Shown: piece after piece, positions 14,001 through 27,481 of the stretch
Numbering within the stretch: position 1 is the first letter of the stretch
Layout: each line of letters starts with the position of its first letter
Source of the DNA: Octopus sinensis
Taxonomy: Eukaryota
Length of the DNA: 64,000 nucleotides
Assembly (NCBI RefSeq): GCF_006345805.1
Contig: NC_043007.1
Location: forward strand, 63,922,001-63,986,000
Reading direction: 5' to 3'
The notes under the pieces: model-generated
The model's database searches: none
The model's input: the letters and a program-made list of their open reading frames with translations, nothing else
What the model was told of the DNA's origin: nothing
Translations under genes and position numbers: made by a program

Positions 14001-15175
14001 TTTCATATTATCACACAAGAATATTATCACAGAGAATATTATCTCACTAAACAAACTATTGACATCATTCTGTCTTTCCTTCACTATTATTACTGGCAGC
14101 TGCAAGCATGGCAATGGCTATTAGAGAGAAATGAATGGTACCATTGCTGTAGATGGCTTTACCACATTGATCAGAGATGACCTTAATGTTGATGTTCATC
14201 ATAGTTTAGCCCAAAGTCTAGTCTAATTCATTAGGTTTGTGTTTGAAGGCATTCTAGCTATGACCATCTTGTTTTCTTTTGTTTTTGGCACAGTCTATCT
14301 CATATTATATATTGCCCGCTATGTCTTTGTGTCCTTTTTTTTTAAGATGGTATGGTGGAAATTTAGAAAGATTTGGCTACTTTTTCTGGCAGATCAAAAG
14401 ACTGCTCTGCAGCTACTGCATTGGTTCATGTATTTAATTTTGTTGCTGGTTGTTTCTGCATTGGTGAGAGTGTTGGTGGTGGTTATGTTGTGAATACTGT
14501 ATGAAGTAGTAGCAGCAGCAGTAGTAGTAGTAGTTGTTGTTGTTTTTGTTGTTGTTTAATATTAAATCAGCCCTGACTGACCAAAGGATTTTCAGCAGTG
14601 AGCGTTCTTTCTTTTTGAAAATTTAAAACTAAATTGTTCATTGTATCCTTCAATATTTTTTTAATGGTATGGTTTAGTATGAAAAAATTTTTTATTTCAC
14701 TGTTATTTCTATCAGGTCAACCTATCATGTAGAATCTCCATAACTGACTCAAGCTTCAGTCCCTTGCTGACTTTATTATTGTACTTGTTGTCATTGGTGG
14801 CGGTAGTGGTAGTGGTGGAGCTTTTGTTAATGGTAGTAGTTTGTCACTGTTGGTAGTAGTAGTTTTGGTATTACTCTTATTGTTGATAGGGTTGTGACTT
14901 GGCAGAATTCTTAGCAAACCAGACAAAATGCTTAGCAGTTTTCATCCATCTTGATTATGTTCTGCGATCAAATTCTGCCGATGTTGACTTTGGACTTTGC
15001 CTTTCATCTTTTCAGGATCAATGAAATGAGTACCAGTTGAGCACTGGGGTCAATGTAATCAACTAATCCCCTTCTCCAAAATTTCAGGCCTTATTATTAA
15101 CACTGCTGATGTTATTTATGGCATCACCCTTCATAGTATTAGCATTAACTGCTTTAAAATGTAGGTGGTGGTGAT

Positions 15176-15555
15176 ATCTTACTATAATGGGTGTTATGTC
15201 TGTCTGTCTGTCCCCTCTCCATGGTCAAACAGCTGGACCAATGGTCACGATGTTTCTCAGGATTACAAAAGAGGTAATCAGGAAAGTTTTTAGCGAAAAA
15301 AAACGTGAAAAAGTATGATTATTTAATGGATATTGAGTTTTGTGTTAATAAATCACTTTTGTTTTTTTTTTGTTAACATTCTGGCGACGAGGATTAACTC
15401 TGGACCCCCCTCCCCCTTGTATAGTTCATGAATTTAGAGAGTTTAAATTTGCGATACTGTCCCTTTATATCCCATCATAGATGGGAAAATTTACTATCTC
15501 ACTATAATGGGCATTATGTCCGTCTGTCTGTTCATTTCTTTGTCTGTTCCCTCAT
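15176..15555 (+). mobile_element. Possible Helitron/Helentron-type non-autonomous element, start duplicated in tandem
   Basis: atcttactataatggg..gtctgtctgtc..acagctggacc at about 15176, repeated at about 15496; this 5' TC..ctataat + (GTCT)n layout resembles rolling-circle MITEs. 3' end not found. Confidence 0.35.
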
Positions 15556-15556
15556 C

Positions 15557-15958
15557 CCGTAGGCGTGGCTGTGTGGTAAGTAGCTTGCTTACCAACCACA
15601 TGGTTCCGGGCTCAATCCCACTGCATGGCACTTTGGGCAAGTGTCTTCTACTAATGCCTCGGGCCAACCAAAGCCTTGTGAGTGGATTTAGTAGACAGAA
15701 ACTGAAAGAAGCCTGTCATATATATGTATGTGTATGTGTGTGTATAAGTTTGTATGTCTGTTTGTCCCCCCAACATTGCTTGACAACCGATGCTGGTGTG
15801 TTTACGTCCCCATAACTTATCGGTTTGGCAAAAGAGAGTAATAGAATAAGTACTAGACTTACAAAGAATAAGTCCTGGGGTCGATTTGTTCGACTAAATG
15901 CAGTGCTCTAGCATGGCCACAGTCAAATGACTGAAACAAGTAAAAGAGTAAAAGAGAG
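15557..15958 (+). mobile_element. Full-length family A tRNA-SINE
   Basis: Head ggcgtggctgtgtggtaag..ggctcaatccc, core ttgggcaagtg, microsatellite, tail gactgaaacaagtaaaagag. Other copies at about 8925, 31622, 42085, 44740(-), 51530, 53733 and 57467. Confidence 0.85.
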
Positions 15959-16991
15959 ACCACAAGTAACTCTGGATTTTCATTGTATAGTTTGTGTTCT
16001 CATTGTAGATATGAAGGGATTCATGAGGATGGTTAATAGTGAAAATAAAATGGAAAAAATGTGTGTCAGTATATAGTATGTGTGATTATTTAGTGGTTAT
16101 TGAAGTGTGTCAGTCTTGAGCAAGATTGGAAACGGCTAATCAAAGCAGCTGTTGTTTACATCTCAGTTTTGTCAATCAAAGTAACCCATGGTACCAGAAC
16201 ATCCAGACATTATTCGCATAGAACATTGAGAGGAAAGTCTTAGTTTGATTTTTTGCAACCCTAAAGATTCCACTCACACATTCACAGCAAACAAGGCACA
16301 GAGCCAAGACTTTAGATCATGTAGGTGTATTTTTACCCACTCCAATGTTTACACACGGCCAGTTATATGTCACTATGAGTAGAGCAATGAACTCCAGTAA
16401 TTTGAAAATTAGTGTCAACCAAACAGAAAATGTCATCTGCAAAGACATTTTGTAATCATATTGATATTATCGAAAGAAATGTGATTCATAATTTAAATAA
16501 GGAAATTTGTGAACTTTGAATGTATAGAGTATAAACAAACATAAAATAGCGTAAGCAACTAAAATAAAAGTATATCTAAATAACATTTTTTCTTAATACT
16601 CTTTATGTAGTGGTGGAAGGAAGCTCTGGCTTTCATTAGGGGTGGTCCACATAACCATTCATGATACAGAGGCTGGGAGCCTATTTCAGTTCAGGAGTGA
16701 ATCGTCATCGCATGTCACTTAGTTGCAAACACATGTCAATACATATCACCAACTATAATGTGCTTTCTCTAAGACATCACCCAGTAATCTATCAAGTCCA
16801 TTCACACATTTCTCAATACATACTACTGTTATGACTTCCCTCCTTCATTTTATGCTTCCGACATAGATGAGTAGATTTTCTTGTACTTGTAAGGCTAATA
16901 TATAGTTTAACTCCCAGTCACCAAAACAAAAAAAAACATTATTTATGTTATTTACATTTGACGGATATTTATCCTCATCTTGTTTGTTGTT

Positions 16992-17037
16992 AACACAACG
17001 TTTCAGCTGATATACCCTCCAGCCATCATCAGGTGTC
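16992..17037 (-). ncRNA. Minimal type I hammerhead ribozyme of the Penelope pLTR
   Basis: gacac-CTGATGA-t ggctg gagggtatat cagct-GAAA-cg-TT-gtgtt; palindromic ACGU helix III. The + copy at 17955-17992 has AAAAC in place of GAAAC and a deletion. Confidence 0.75.
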
Positions 17038-17212
17038 TTGGGGGAAATTTCAAACCTGGGTTCTCATTCCTAAGGTATTTTTCAATGTTGTTGTTGCTGT
17101 TGCTGTTGCTGTTGTTGTTGTTGTTGTTGCTGTTGCTGCTGCTGCTGCTGCTATTCAGGTCACTGCCTGGAATCGAACTCTGAATCTTGGGGTTTGTAGC
17201 TCATGTTCTTAA

Positions 17213-17804
17213 TGAAATAATCGAGCTCAGTAACAATGTATTAAGCAGCAGCTACCCCAAAAACATACTATCCACTCCAATTATGAAGAAAAGCGAGGAT
17301 GAAACCAATAAACTGTCCACAGTCTGTCTACCCTCTGTGAAAGGCCTCTCTGAAAAGATACAAAAGATATGCAGCCCATATGACATCAGGACAGTATTCA
17401 AGAGTAATATAACACTTTGCAAATATCTCCTTCAAGTAAATCCACCAATAGAAGAGAATATGACCAAAAACTGCGTGTACTCCATCCCATGCAACTGTGG
17501 TAGGTTATACAAAGGCGGAACATGCCGCCCCCTCAAAATAAGGGTAGAGGAACATCGCAAAGCTATGACACGAGGAGATATTGATAAATTGGGTATAGCT
17601 GTTCATGTATGGAAACACAAAGACCACCTCTCCCTGTGGGATGAAGTTAGAATAAAAAACAGAGAACACCACTGGAAAATATGAAAACTAAAAGAAGCAG
17701 CACATATGCTAGGACACAACAATCTCCTAAGCAGACAGAGTGCAGATCTGAATAACATATGGGAACCGGTATTAAGGAAGGATAGAAAAATATTAGATTT
17801 ATAA
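17213..17804 (+). pseudogene. Penelope GIY-YIG endonuclease domain (one in-frame stop at 17682-17684)
   Basis: LPSVKGLSEKIQKI..NCVYSIPCNCGRLYKGGTCRPLKIRVEEH..HVWKHKDH..REHHWKI*KLKEAAH..IWEPVL. Confidence 0.85.
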
Positions 17805-17839
17805 GCCCTAAAATCCACTCCATAATTGCCCACGAACAT

Positions 17840-17898
17840 ATGGCATAGTAGTTAAGAGTGTGGGCTACTAACCCAAGTTCGATTCCAGGCAGTGGCCT
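17840..17898 (+). promoter_or_regulatory. tRNA-like Pol III A/B-box module inside the Penelope terminal repeat
   Basis: tggcatagtagttaagag (A box) and agttcgattcc (B box); B box also present in the inverted copy at about 17158-17212. Confidence 0.6.
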
Positions 17899-18627
17899 AA
17901 ATAATAATAATAATAATTACATCGAAAAATACCTTAGGTTTGAAATTTCCTCAAGACACCTGATGAAGGCTGGAGGGTATATCAGCCAAAACAATATGAG
18001 GACAAATATCTGTCAAATGTAAATAATGGACATAATTCCTCATCTCTTAAATATAGAACTGTGTTAAAAAAAACAGTCTAATAGGTGTAAAAATATGTGT
18101 AGAAAACAAATAATGAAAACAAAAATTTGCACAAACAAATGAGGGCAGGGTGGTGGATATTAGAGGACTTTCAGAAAATTCACAAGATCTGATTTTTTCC
18201 TCATAACTTTCAGGTAAATGGATATATATTGAGGAAATTATATCGAAATACCATTCAAATGGCATAGATTATGATTATAAAGAAATATGGGGAAAATGTT
18301 TTCTGAAGGAGTGGGAGAGGATTTCGGAAAATTCACACAATCCAATTTTTTCTTTCATAACTCTCAGGAAAATGGGTATCTTTTTATGAAATTTTACAGA
18401 AATACCTTTCAAACAGCGTAGGTTACGATTATAAAGAAATTTGTGGGGAAAATGTTTTCTGAAGGGGTGGGGAGAGGACTGTTGGACAATCCACATGCGT
18501 TTTTTTCTTTATCGTCATAATCTATGCCGTTTAAAAGGCCATGGAGAGGTTTATTTCAAATCTATCCTTCATTGCATTTTCAATATAATCACATTTGAAA
18601 ACTAGTGCTTGAGAATGGAGAATCTCA

Positions 18628-18790
18628 ATCATCATCATTTAACGTCCACTTTCCTTGCTAGCATGGGTTGAACGATTTGACTGAGGTCTGGCGAACCAGA
18701 CTCCAATCTGATCCGGCAGAGTTTCTACAGCTGGATACCCTTCCTAACGCCAACCACTCCGAGAGTGTAGTGGGTGCTTTTACGTGCCAA
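18628..18790 (-). mobile_element. RTE LINE 3' tail nested in the Merlin-like element
   Basis: catcatcatttaacgtcc..gctagcatggg..ccttcctaacgccaaccactcc. Confidence 0.85.
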
Positions 18791-19859
18791 TTCTGATTAC
18801 TATGAATACATCAGCTCTTTTCATTGTAACAATCAAGAGTCAGTTGAGTTCCTTCATTCATATAGAGTATTACTACACAGTGATATGCCCACATTGAAAC
18901 AATGATGAGAAAATACCTCACTCTAACAATTTTGAAGATAGCACACAGAAACATATACAAGTTCTTCATAGAGGCACACATAGATACATACACAAGTTCT
19001 TCATAGAGGCAGCCAAGTTATACCTGCCTCTCTCGAATCATTGGCGTCAAATAATTATCAACCAAGACAATGGTATATATATGTATGTTTGTGCAAATTT
19101 TTGTTTTCAGATTCGTTTTCTATATATTTTTTTACATCTATTAGACTGTTTGTTTTTTTTGTTTTGGTGACCAGGAGTTAAGCTATATATTAACCACTTG
19201 TAATAGTAATTGTTGTAATTGTTCATTCAACCACCTTTACTGAAGGTTATATATCATTCTCTATGATATACAGATATGTTCCATGAAGTTTACTCTATGA
19301 TCTCTTTTGATGTGGAGTTTACTGTAACTAGATTAGGCTGCAACTACTAACCAAGTACATTATATTGGGTAGTTGTTAACCCACACACATTTTCTTGTTC
19401 GTCATAGAAGACCTCCATGAATTACACTGGTCACATATCTAGATAACCTTTGGCCTTTACTAGCAGTCACATTAGAAAAGCAATATTTAACTAAGTAAAT
19501 GTTTCAATGCCATGTTATTTATGAGAAATTTTGTATTTAGGTTTCATTTTGTAGATGATTAATGTGCATGCGTGCACTTTGTTTTGTTTTTTACTGATTA
19601 TTCTGATATGCAGAATGTTGTTTTGGATTATTTGTAATTTGTTGTGATATAAAGCATGGGAGTTGTGTAAAAGTGGTGAGCTTGGCAGAGTGAATGGTCT
19701 TGCTCTGAGAATGCACCTACAGATTGGAGTAGGACAAGGTAAGCATGGTTTTGTGGGGTTTCCATGAGTAGCCCTTTGAGGTCACCTTACTTTTGGGGAA
19801 TTATTCCTTGTTGAATTTTTTTTGTTTCTTTGTTATTTTAGTTTTTACACTATTTTTAC

Positions 19860-21330
19860 AACTCTTTGCAACAAAGGCTTAGGATGTATCACAAAAGAAT
19901 TGCAGCTTGTGTGTAGTCCCTAATATCTCAGGTACTCCATGATATACAAACATTATTTTGAGATGAACTGTTATATCAATAACCTAGTGACAGTAAAGTT
20001 TGTTCTCTCAACAGAACTCAAGCAATAGTCCACCATTAAGTCTAAACAAATCTATCCCTAAAGTTTGTCTGAAAGTTCTGTTTGGATGATCAGTTGTGCA
20101 TGGTTTGTACTATCTTTTATACAGATTGTACAGTTTAGCACTAGTTCATTTAGCTTATAGCTCAGGCCTGGCCACTTTTCGCTGATTCATATGTTCCTTG
20201 CATTTCAACTCACTCTGATGGGCTTTATGAAGTTTATTGAGAACATTTTCTTAAGGCTTATGCCCTTCTGTAAAAGGCTTTTATGTATTACTAGGAGAGG
20301 ATGGGCTGCCAAATATAGTTTTAATGTTCTTTCACATTCACTGTATTCAGTCAATCTATCCTGACATTTCTGTTTGACTGAAGAGTATATGTCCATTTTC
20401 AGGTGCTTTTCCAGATTCTCCTGGTCAGAAGCATATACTGGGAGGTTCTTCATGATGCTGTTGACAGATATTTGTGCTTTCCATGAGTTCTGTGTCTATG
20501 TCTACTGCTTTTTCTGTTTATTGTATGTCTGTTGTTTATAGTATGTCTGTTGTAACAAAACCCAGAACAACATGCCCTAGAGAACATGAAATATTATATT
20601 GGAATGCATTATAACATCTCATTCTGAAATTATTGATCTTTCAGGATAAGGTGTTCAAAGTGTGATTCCCCAAGAGACTTAGCAGTGGCTTATAACTGTC
20701 ACTAACTAAAAGTGTGGTCTATCAAAAAGATTCTGAACCTTTCACTGGTCCATATCAACACCAACACCTCTTTTTTGATATGACCATATCTCTGCCCAAC
20801 TGATGTAAGAGATCTGGAAGCATAATTGACAGGCCCCCGTTCCTCATTCTGTTTCTGTTGAAAAGAAACACTCACAGTCTGAAACTGGATGCATATCTGC
20901 TGACACTTTACATCTCCAAACTATTCATTGTTTGGGCTTGGTTGGCTCTCCAGAGCCAGTGATTTCTCATATGCAGCAAGTCTCTTAGGAGTTTCACCTT
21001 TTCTGCTAACTTAACTTTCCTGATATATCATTCCCAGTAAGCTACATGGCTAACTTACAATGGTGGGCTCCTGCATATCTCTTTCTTATTGTCATGGTTT
21101 TACTTGAGTCTGACTTTACTTGTTTATTTGAAATGATGTGACCCAGGAAATTAACTTCCCACTTATATTCCCCTAAGTTTAGAAGTATTCCTGCATTCTC
21201 AATTTCTTCAGCATCACATGAAGTCAAGAACTAGGTTCCTTCTGTGTACACCATCATATAACTACATCATCTACATTTCAAAGAATGTCCTCTAAACTCT
21301 CTGCAGCCTCTGCAACAATTCTATTTGTTG
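19860..21330 (-). mobile_element. Degraded Gypsy LTR retrotransposon pol remnant
   Basis: Minus-strand fragments in RT-RNaseH-IN order: VDDV, EVNFLGHIIS..KSDSSK, DH..LLSLLG, VPEILGT; many stops and frameshifts. Confidence 0.65.
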
Positions 21331-22335
21331 CATTTTTATATTAAAGCATACTTTTCCACATATTACATTCTTCAATAAAAGATACAAGAAATCTATCTTT
21401 AATTGTGCCATACTATAGTTACTCAAAGTCAACTTTGGATAGATTCAACCTTTTATAATAATGTTTCATGCCCACTACCCCATCCCACAAACACACACAC
21501 ATATAGACTTACATCACAATATCTACATACTATTTTTAATTAATTTAAATTTGACTTATCTTTCATGATGAGATAAAATATAGTGTAAGTTAAGTGCTGG
21601 GGATTGGTTTAATTCTCCCAAAACTTGTAGCTTTATGCAGTGTTAGAAATCAATATTTATTTAGTTGTATTGTTTTATTTCCTATATTGAAATCCTATCA
21701 GTTTAATTTGCCTTTCATCTCTCCATAATCAATATATAAAAAAATACTAGTAATGTATTGGTGTCATTTCAATCAACTATACTTCTCACCTTTATAAATT
21801 TATGGCCTTGTGCCACTGTGAAAAAAAATCATTATTCCACTTATTTTCTATTTTCTATTTTCACCTTGATAAATTTACAAATTTGGAACAAATGAAATGA
21901 CTGCAAACAATGGCTGATTCTTTCATATGACCTTATATCTCTTTTGGCTTCATTAGTTTAATCTTTCTCAGTGCTTTACTGTCTTTATAACTTGAGTACT
22001 AGATAATCGGTATAGCATGAAAGCCTTGGCTATTGTTCTCAGAAAGATGCATTGTAACACTTTTGATGTGTTGTGAAGAAGCTGAGAATTTCAGATTAAA
22101 CCACCTGCTTCTAAACTATACAAAGATCCTTACTTGCTGAGTTAATTTTGCAATTAAAATCAATATCTCAATTATTATAGGTTTACAGTTCTTAAAATTG
22201 AAATTCTATAGTGCTTAAAGCTATTTATCTCATCTTAATGACATAGTTTTCAGCAGAAAAACAAAAGAGTGATTCCCTCAAAAGAGCCAAAGAAAAGAAA
22301 ATCAAATACCATTATTTTGAGCCATCATCAGTCAT

Positions 22336-22380
<45 letters not shown>

Positions 22381-23436
22381 TGTGTGTGTGTGTGGAAGGG
22401 ATGTTGTGTTCATTCAAAGATGTTACACACTACCACAATATCATACATTATTTATTATTAACAAACTACATTGTTTAGTTAACTAGCAGCTGCATACATG
22501 TACCTTTCAACATAGGTGCAATCACATTCATGTGAAATGGAAGAAAATCTATATTCATTTTTATGTATGTTTATATACATAAAGCACACACACATTTGTA
22601 ACTTGAAATATTAAGATTTATCTTTGCAGAAATTTAATTAAGACTTTCTTTTTGTGATTAGTTTTTCATTTCTTGTCGTATATTTAAGTTTTATAAATGT
22701 GATAATATCTTGAAATAGTGGAAATTTATTGATGCAAGCAAGGGATGAGTATGGAGAGGAGCAAACAAATGCGAGGTTTAAACTGAAAAAGAAATATGTG
22801 AATAAGGATTGAAGTACCACCACCATCATCACTATCACTGCTTTCAACATCAGCTCAAACAAGACAGTCATCATTATCATTTTAATGCCTACTTTCCCAT
22901 GTTTGCATGAATCAGACAAAAGTATGTTGGAGCAGAGTTTTCTATGGGTGGATGTCCTTTCTATTGCCAACCATTACTTGTTTCTCAGCATTCTTTCTAC
23001 TATAGGTACTAAACCTGAAATTTTGTGGAAGAGGACTAGTCAATAATATCAACCCCAGTACTCAACTGGTATTTATTTCAACTCTGAAAGGATGAAAGAC
23101 AAAATCAACACTGGCAGAGTTTGAACTCAGAACACAAAGACTGATGAAATGCTGCTAAGCATTTTGTCAGGCATGCTCAACAATTTTGCCAGATCGCTAC
23201 CTTTCAGTGGAATTATAATCACGATGGGCTAATGTGGAGAACTGGAAACAACAAAAACAAGGAAACAACAACTGGAAGCAAACAAGAACAAGTTTTTTGT
23301 TTATAAAGATCATGCAACATGTCAAGACATGCAGAGAAGCCTGGACATGCTTTTGCAGTGGACTGCAAGCAAATGGCATCGTTACCAAAGCTGTTGTTTA
23401 TAAACAGCAAGTGAACATATGTAGACAAAGGAAATG

Positions 23437-23524
<88 letters not shown>

Positions 23525-23554
23525 TATATAATGATTTTTTTTTCAATAGAAATA

Positions 23555-23755
23555 TTACCCTAGTAGGCATGTTCTTCCAGCAAAGTCCAGTTTGTACCCT
23601 TCTTCTAGTGTATAGCCCCTCCAGCAAAATTTTCTTCAGTTCTTCAGGATAATTAGTAGTATCTTCTGTACCACCATCCATTTTAGTGTTTAGCAGCAAT
23701 TTAATGTACCACTTAAATCTTTTGAAGTAGCCTTTACTAACAATAAAAGGATTTT
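23555..23755 (-). mobile_element. Tigger/pogo transposase fragment
   Basis: FIVSKGYFKRFK..YPEELKKILLEGLY..TGLCWKNMPTR matches the Tigger F.ASxGWFxRFK..YP..L..II.EGGY..ETGLFWKxMPxRT pattern. Confidence 0.7.
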
Positions 23756-25881
23756 GCATCAAAAGTTGCAGTGCACACCTTAAAAACTGTCATACAAATG
23801 TTTAGCACTCACCATGTTTATCTGCACACTACTTCCAGTTTAACCATCAACTCACACATTAAGAAGCCATTCCATTTTTAAGTGTCACATCAGATTCCTG
23901 AATAAACAATGTCTGGGTATTTAATGGAGTGGCTTCAAGAGCATTTGACCTTAATTTTATTTTTATTGTTATATATTGTTCTCTGTGGTGAGAAATTCTG
24001 TTGCTATTTCTAATCACACACAAGCTTCCTCATTGGCCTACCTAGTCGGTATGAAAGGCTAAGTTAACTTCCCAGCAGGTTTTGAACTTCAATATTACAG
24101 CCACTCCATCATCTTTCTAATGATTAAACAATCATAACATCTATTTTCCAAATTATCACTGAGGCATGTATAAATATATCTAGCAGATACCACTATATAA
24201 TGATTTCAAATTTTCACACAAAGCCAGCATGTTTAGGGGAGAGAGTAAGTCAATTACATCGACCCCAGTGCTCAACTGGTACTTATTTTTTCAACCTTGA
24301 AAGGATGAAAGACAAAGTTGATCTCAGTGAAATTTGAACTCAGAACATAAAGACAGATGAAATGCTGCTAAGCATTTTGCCTGGCATACTAACGACTCTG
24401 CCAGCTCTCTGCCTTGATACCACTATATAATGCCAGCCAATGTGTGTGTTATGATTATGACTTTAGATAAATAACCCAGTATCTTAACAACTGTACCAAT
24501 GCACTGTTTGGAAACTCTTCACCTCTAAGACTGTTTTGATGATGTATTTACTGTCAATATTTATTTATTATATTGGTTCTATCTCTATTTGTGAAGTAAT
24601 GTATTTAGGTTTAACAATTGCTTCTAAATATGTGAATAAGATATTTTTTTAATGTTTACAAATGCAACTATATTTCAATATAAACTCATCTATTTTGTGC
24701 TGAAATTATATTTTATTATTTAACAGCTTGCAAACCTGTACCTGAGTGAAATTTGTTCTTGTTATTTATCTAGAATAAATTTGGCAACAAAGTTTCGGTT
24801 GGTGGCTATAGTAGTGATGATGGCAGTTGTCTGACCCTGGAACCCTAATGGCAGAGGCCACTAATTTGTAACTAATGCCAGCCTTTTAAAGACAGTAATT
24901 ATATTTAGTCTTAAACTACATATTTAATTATATTATCTTGAAATTTTACATTTCTTATGACAGAATGAGTAAATATCTCAGCATAATCAATAAATATCAT
25001 AAAATTTGTATATAGATGTTACTAACTCACCTCTGACCCCTCTCTTCAAGATCTCTGCCAAACATTTTAGATTTTGTTCAACACCAGCTTAAACCACTAA
25101 ACCATTGTTTAGGCATCCTCATTCAGCTCTGGTGAAGCAAACTGTAGCATGAGAACTATAGCATTAAGACTGTCTGTTAAATGTATGATTATGATAGTCA
25201 TTCACTAATATTGATTTTTCCTTACTGCATAAATATTTCTGGTTATTTTTATTTATACTCCTTGCATTAAATATGTTAACACTAACTTAACCACTGTAAC
25301 AGTAATGAAATGACTGTTAACTTATCAAATGTGGTGAGCATGTTAACTCTAATTCATTGAAACTAAGCCTGTATTATGCAGAGATAAATATTGTTGAATG
25401 GTTAACTAAAACAAATAAAAGCAAGGGCCAGAACTGAAAATCAAAGGGAAAGTAATTTAAAAAACAAAAAAAAATGCTAATACATTATAATTGCAATTAA
25501 TTAAAATTTGAAATAGGTAATGCAGTGGTAAGTATATTAGTCTGATCTTTATCAGGCACTTCTAGACATGATTCAGTCTTTTTATTAGACCCCGTAATAA
25601 AGGTAAGCAAGCTAGCAGAATTGTTAGAGCATTAGAAAAATACTTTGCACCCATGTCTTTCAGCTCTTTACATTCTGAGATCAAAGCCTGCTGAGATCAA
25701 CTTTGCCTTTCATACTTTTTTTTGGGGGGGGGGGGGGTCAATGAAATAAAGCACTACTTCAATAGTGTGGTCGAAAAAAATAAAGTACCTGTACCAGTTA
25801 TGGTATTAACTAACATGGTTCAATGGTATTAACTAACATTCTTTCCTCAAAATTGCTAACAATGTGCCTAAATTATAAACC

Positions 25882-26108
25882 TATTTCTTTACTACCCACA
25901 AGGGGCTAAACACAGAGGGGACAAACAAGGACAGACAAACGGATTAAGTCGATTACATAGACCCCAGTACGTAACTGATACTTAATTTACCGACCCCGAA
26001 AGGATGAAAGGCAAAGTCGACCTCGGCGGAATTTGAACTCAGAATGTAACGGCAGACGCAATACCGCTAAGCATTTCGCCTGGTATGCTAATGTTTCTGC
26101 CAGCTCAC
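25882..26108 (-). mobile_element. Young family B SINE with TSD, inserted in an older SINE
   Basis: Flanked by tgcctaaattataaacc at 25865-25881 and 26109-26125. Confidence 0.9.
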
Positions 26109-26291
26109 TGCCTAAATTATAAACCATTATCAAACTTCCCTGTGAAATGTAGTTTATGTGGCTTAAACTACATGCTTTTGTTTCTTAACACAAAAAAAGA
26201 CAGTGGATTGGTAGAATTGTTTTAGCATCAAGCAAAATGCTTTTTGTTGTTTATGGCCCTTTACATTCCAAGCTTAAATACCTCACTGAGT

Positions 26292-26712
26292 TTGGGCCAT
26301 TGCATGACTTTTAGAGGCCCCCCTGCAACTTTTTGTTTCAAGGCCCCCATCTTTTCAATCAAAATTCATAATCTATGCACTTTTATTATCTGCAAAAATC
26401 ATAGTCCCTTACAGCTTGTTGGATTTTAGAATCATCACAGCAGAGTCTGCTATGATAATTCTAAAATACAACACATAAAAAAAAAACTTACGGTATATTT
26501 TTTTTCTACTCCTCTGTACATAGATAGATACACACACATACATACACTCACACAAACTTCTGTGTGTGTGTGCGTGCACGCGAATGTTCACACACGCACA
26601 CTTTGTTTTTGGTACGGAAAGAATTTTGCCTCCAGTTTTTATTGCCTTAGGAGGTCAAAGGCTACTGTTCTGGGTACAAAGTGACCAGCTTTTCAACATC
26701 AAATAACAACAC

Positions 26713-26762
<50 letters not shown>

Positions 26763-27481
26763 CACCACATGGAGAGAGAAATGAATAGAGAAAGAGGGAG
26801 AGACAGCGAGACTAAGCGACATGTGTGTGTTTGGTAGCAGAATCGTTAGCACGTCGGGCGAAATGCTTAGCGGTATTTCGTCTGCCGTTACGTTGTGAGT
26901 TCAAATTCCGCCGAGGTCGACTTTGCCTTTCATCCTTTCGGGGTCGATAAATTAAGTACCAGTTAAGCACTGGGGTCGATATCATCGACTTAATACCTAT
27001 GTCTGTCCATGTTTGTCCCCTCTATGTTCAGCCCCTTGTGGGTAATAAAGAAATAGGTACATGTCTCTCTCTTTCTTTTTCCCTCTGAGCTGGCCAAAGC
27101 CTTGTGAATGGACTTCATAAAACAAAACAGCTAAAAGCCAGACATATATACGTGTGTGTATGTATGTATGCCTGTGTGTGTATGTTTGTATGTATGTATA
27201 AGTATACAACTCTGACCTTTCATCACCATTGCTTCTTTTTTGTATCTTTTCTCTTGAAGTTGTTCTTATTTCCTAAGGAATTTGTTGAAAAGCTTTTTTC
27301 GTTTACTTATTTCGTTTCTTTTAAATTTATTTACAGTACACCCTCATATTTTTTTCCTTGTCTTTTCAGTTAACATCTTAACCAAAGTAAATAGATGGCT
27401 CATCTATGTAGTTTGATCTTAACATGGGGCCCCTCAACCATGGAGGCCCCCTGCAACTGCAAGGGCTTAGCAACAGCCCTG
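26292..27481. mobile_element. hAT-like non-autonomous element with nested SINEs
   Basis: Ends ttgggccattgc / gcaacagccctg; repeated gaggccccctgcaact subterminal motifs; 8-bp TSD cactgagt/cactgagg splitting an older SINE. Confidence 0.6.
26830..27057 (+). mobile_element. Young family B SINE
   Basis: CpG-rich, near-identical to the reverse complement of 25882-26108. Confidence 0.9.

Larger units (their letters stand above)
16938..18065 (+). mobile_element. 5'-truncated Penelope-like retroelement with inverted pseudo-LTR
   Basis: GIY-YIG endonuclease remnant; 16940-17212 is the inverted copy of 17853-18035; hammerhead in the repeat. Confidence 0.9.
16893..19195. mobile_element. Merlin-like non-autonomous DNA transposon hosting nested Penelope and RTE insertions
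   Basis: GG...CC termini; perfect 8-bp TSD acttgtaa (16885-16892, 19196-19203); about 115-bp TIR (16893-16937 plus 18066-18140 vs 19081-19195); internal ~155-bp tandem repeats at 18160-18500. Confidence 0.7.

Noticed and set aside
17840-17898. Functional tRNA gene (here and at SINE heads)
   Set aside because: No complete cloverleaf or acceptor stem; retroposon-derived promoter modules.
19614-19738. Exon-like segment (tgcag...AAG/gtaagc)
   Set aside because: Stops in all three frames and no XRCC3 similarity; a UTR exon cannot be shown without RNA data.
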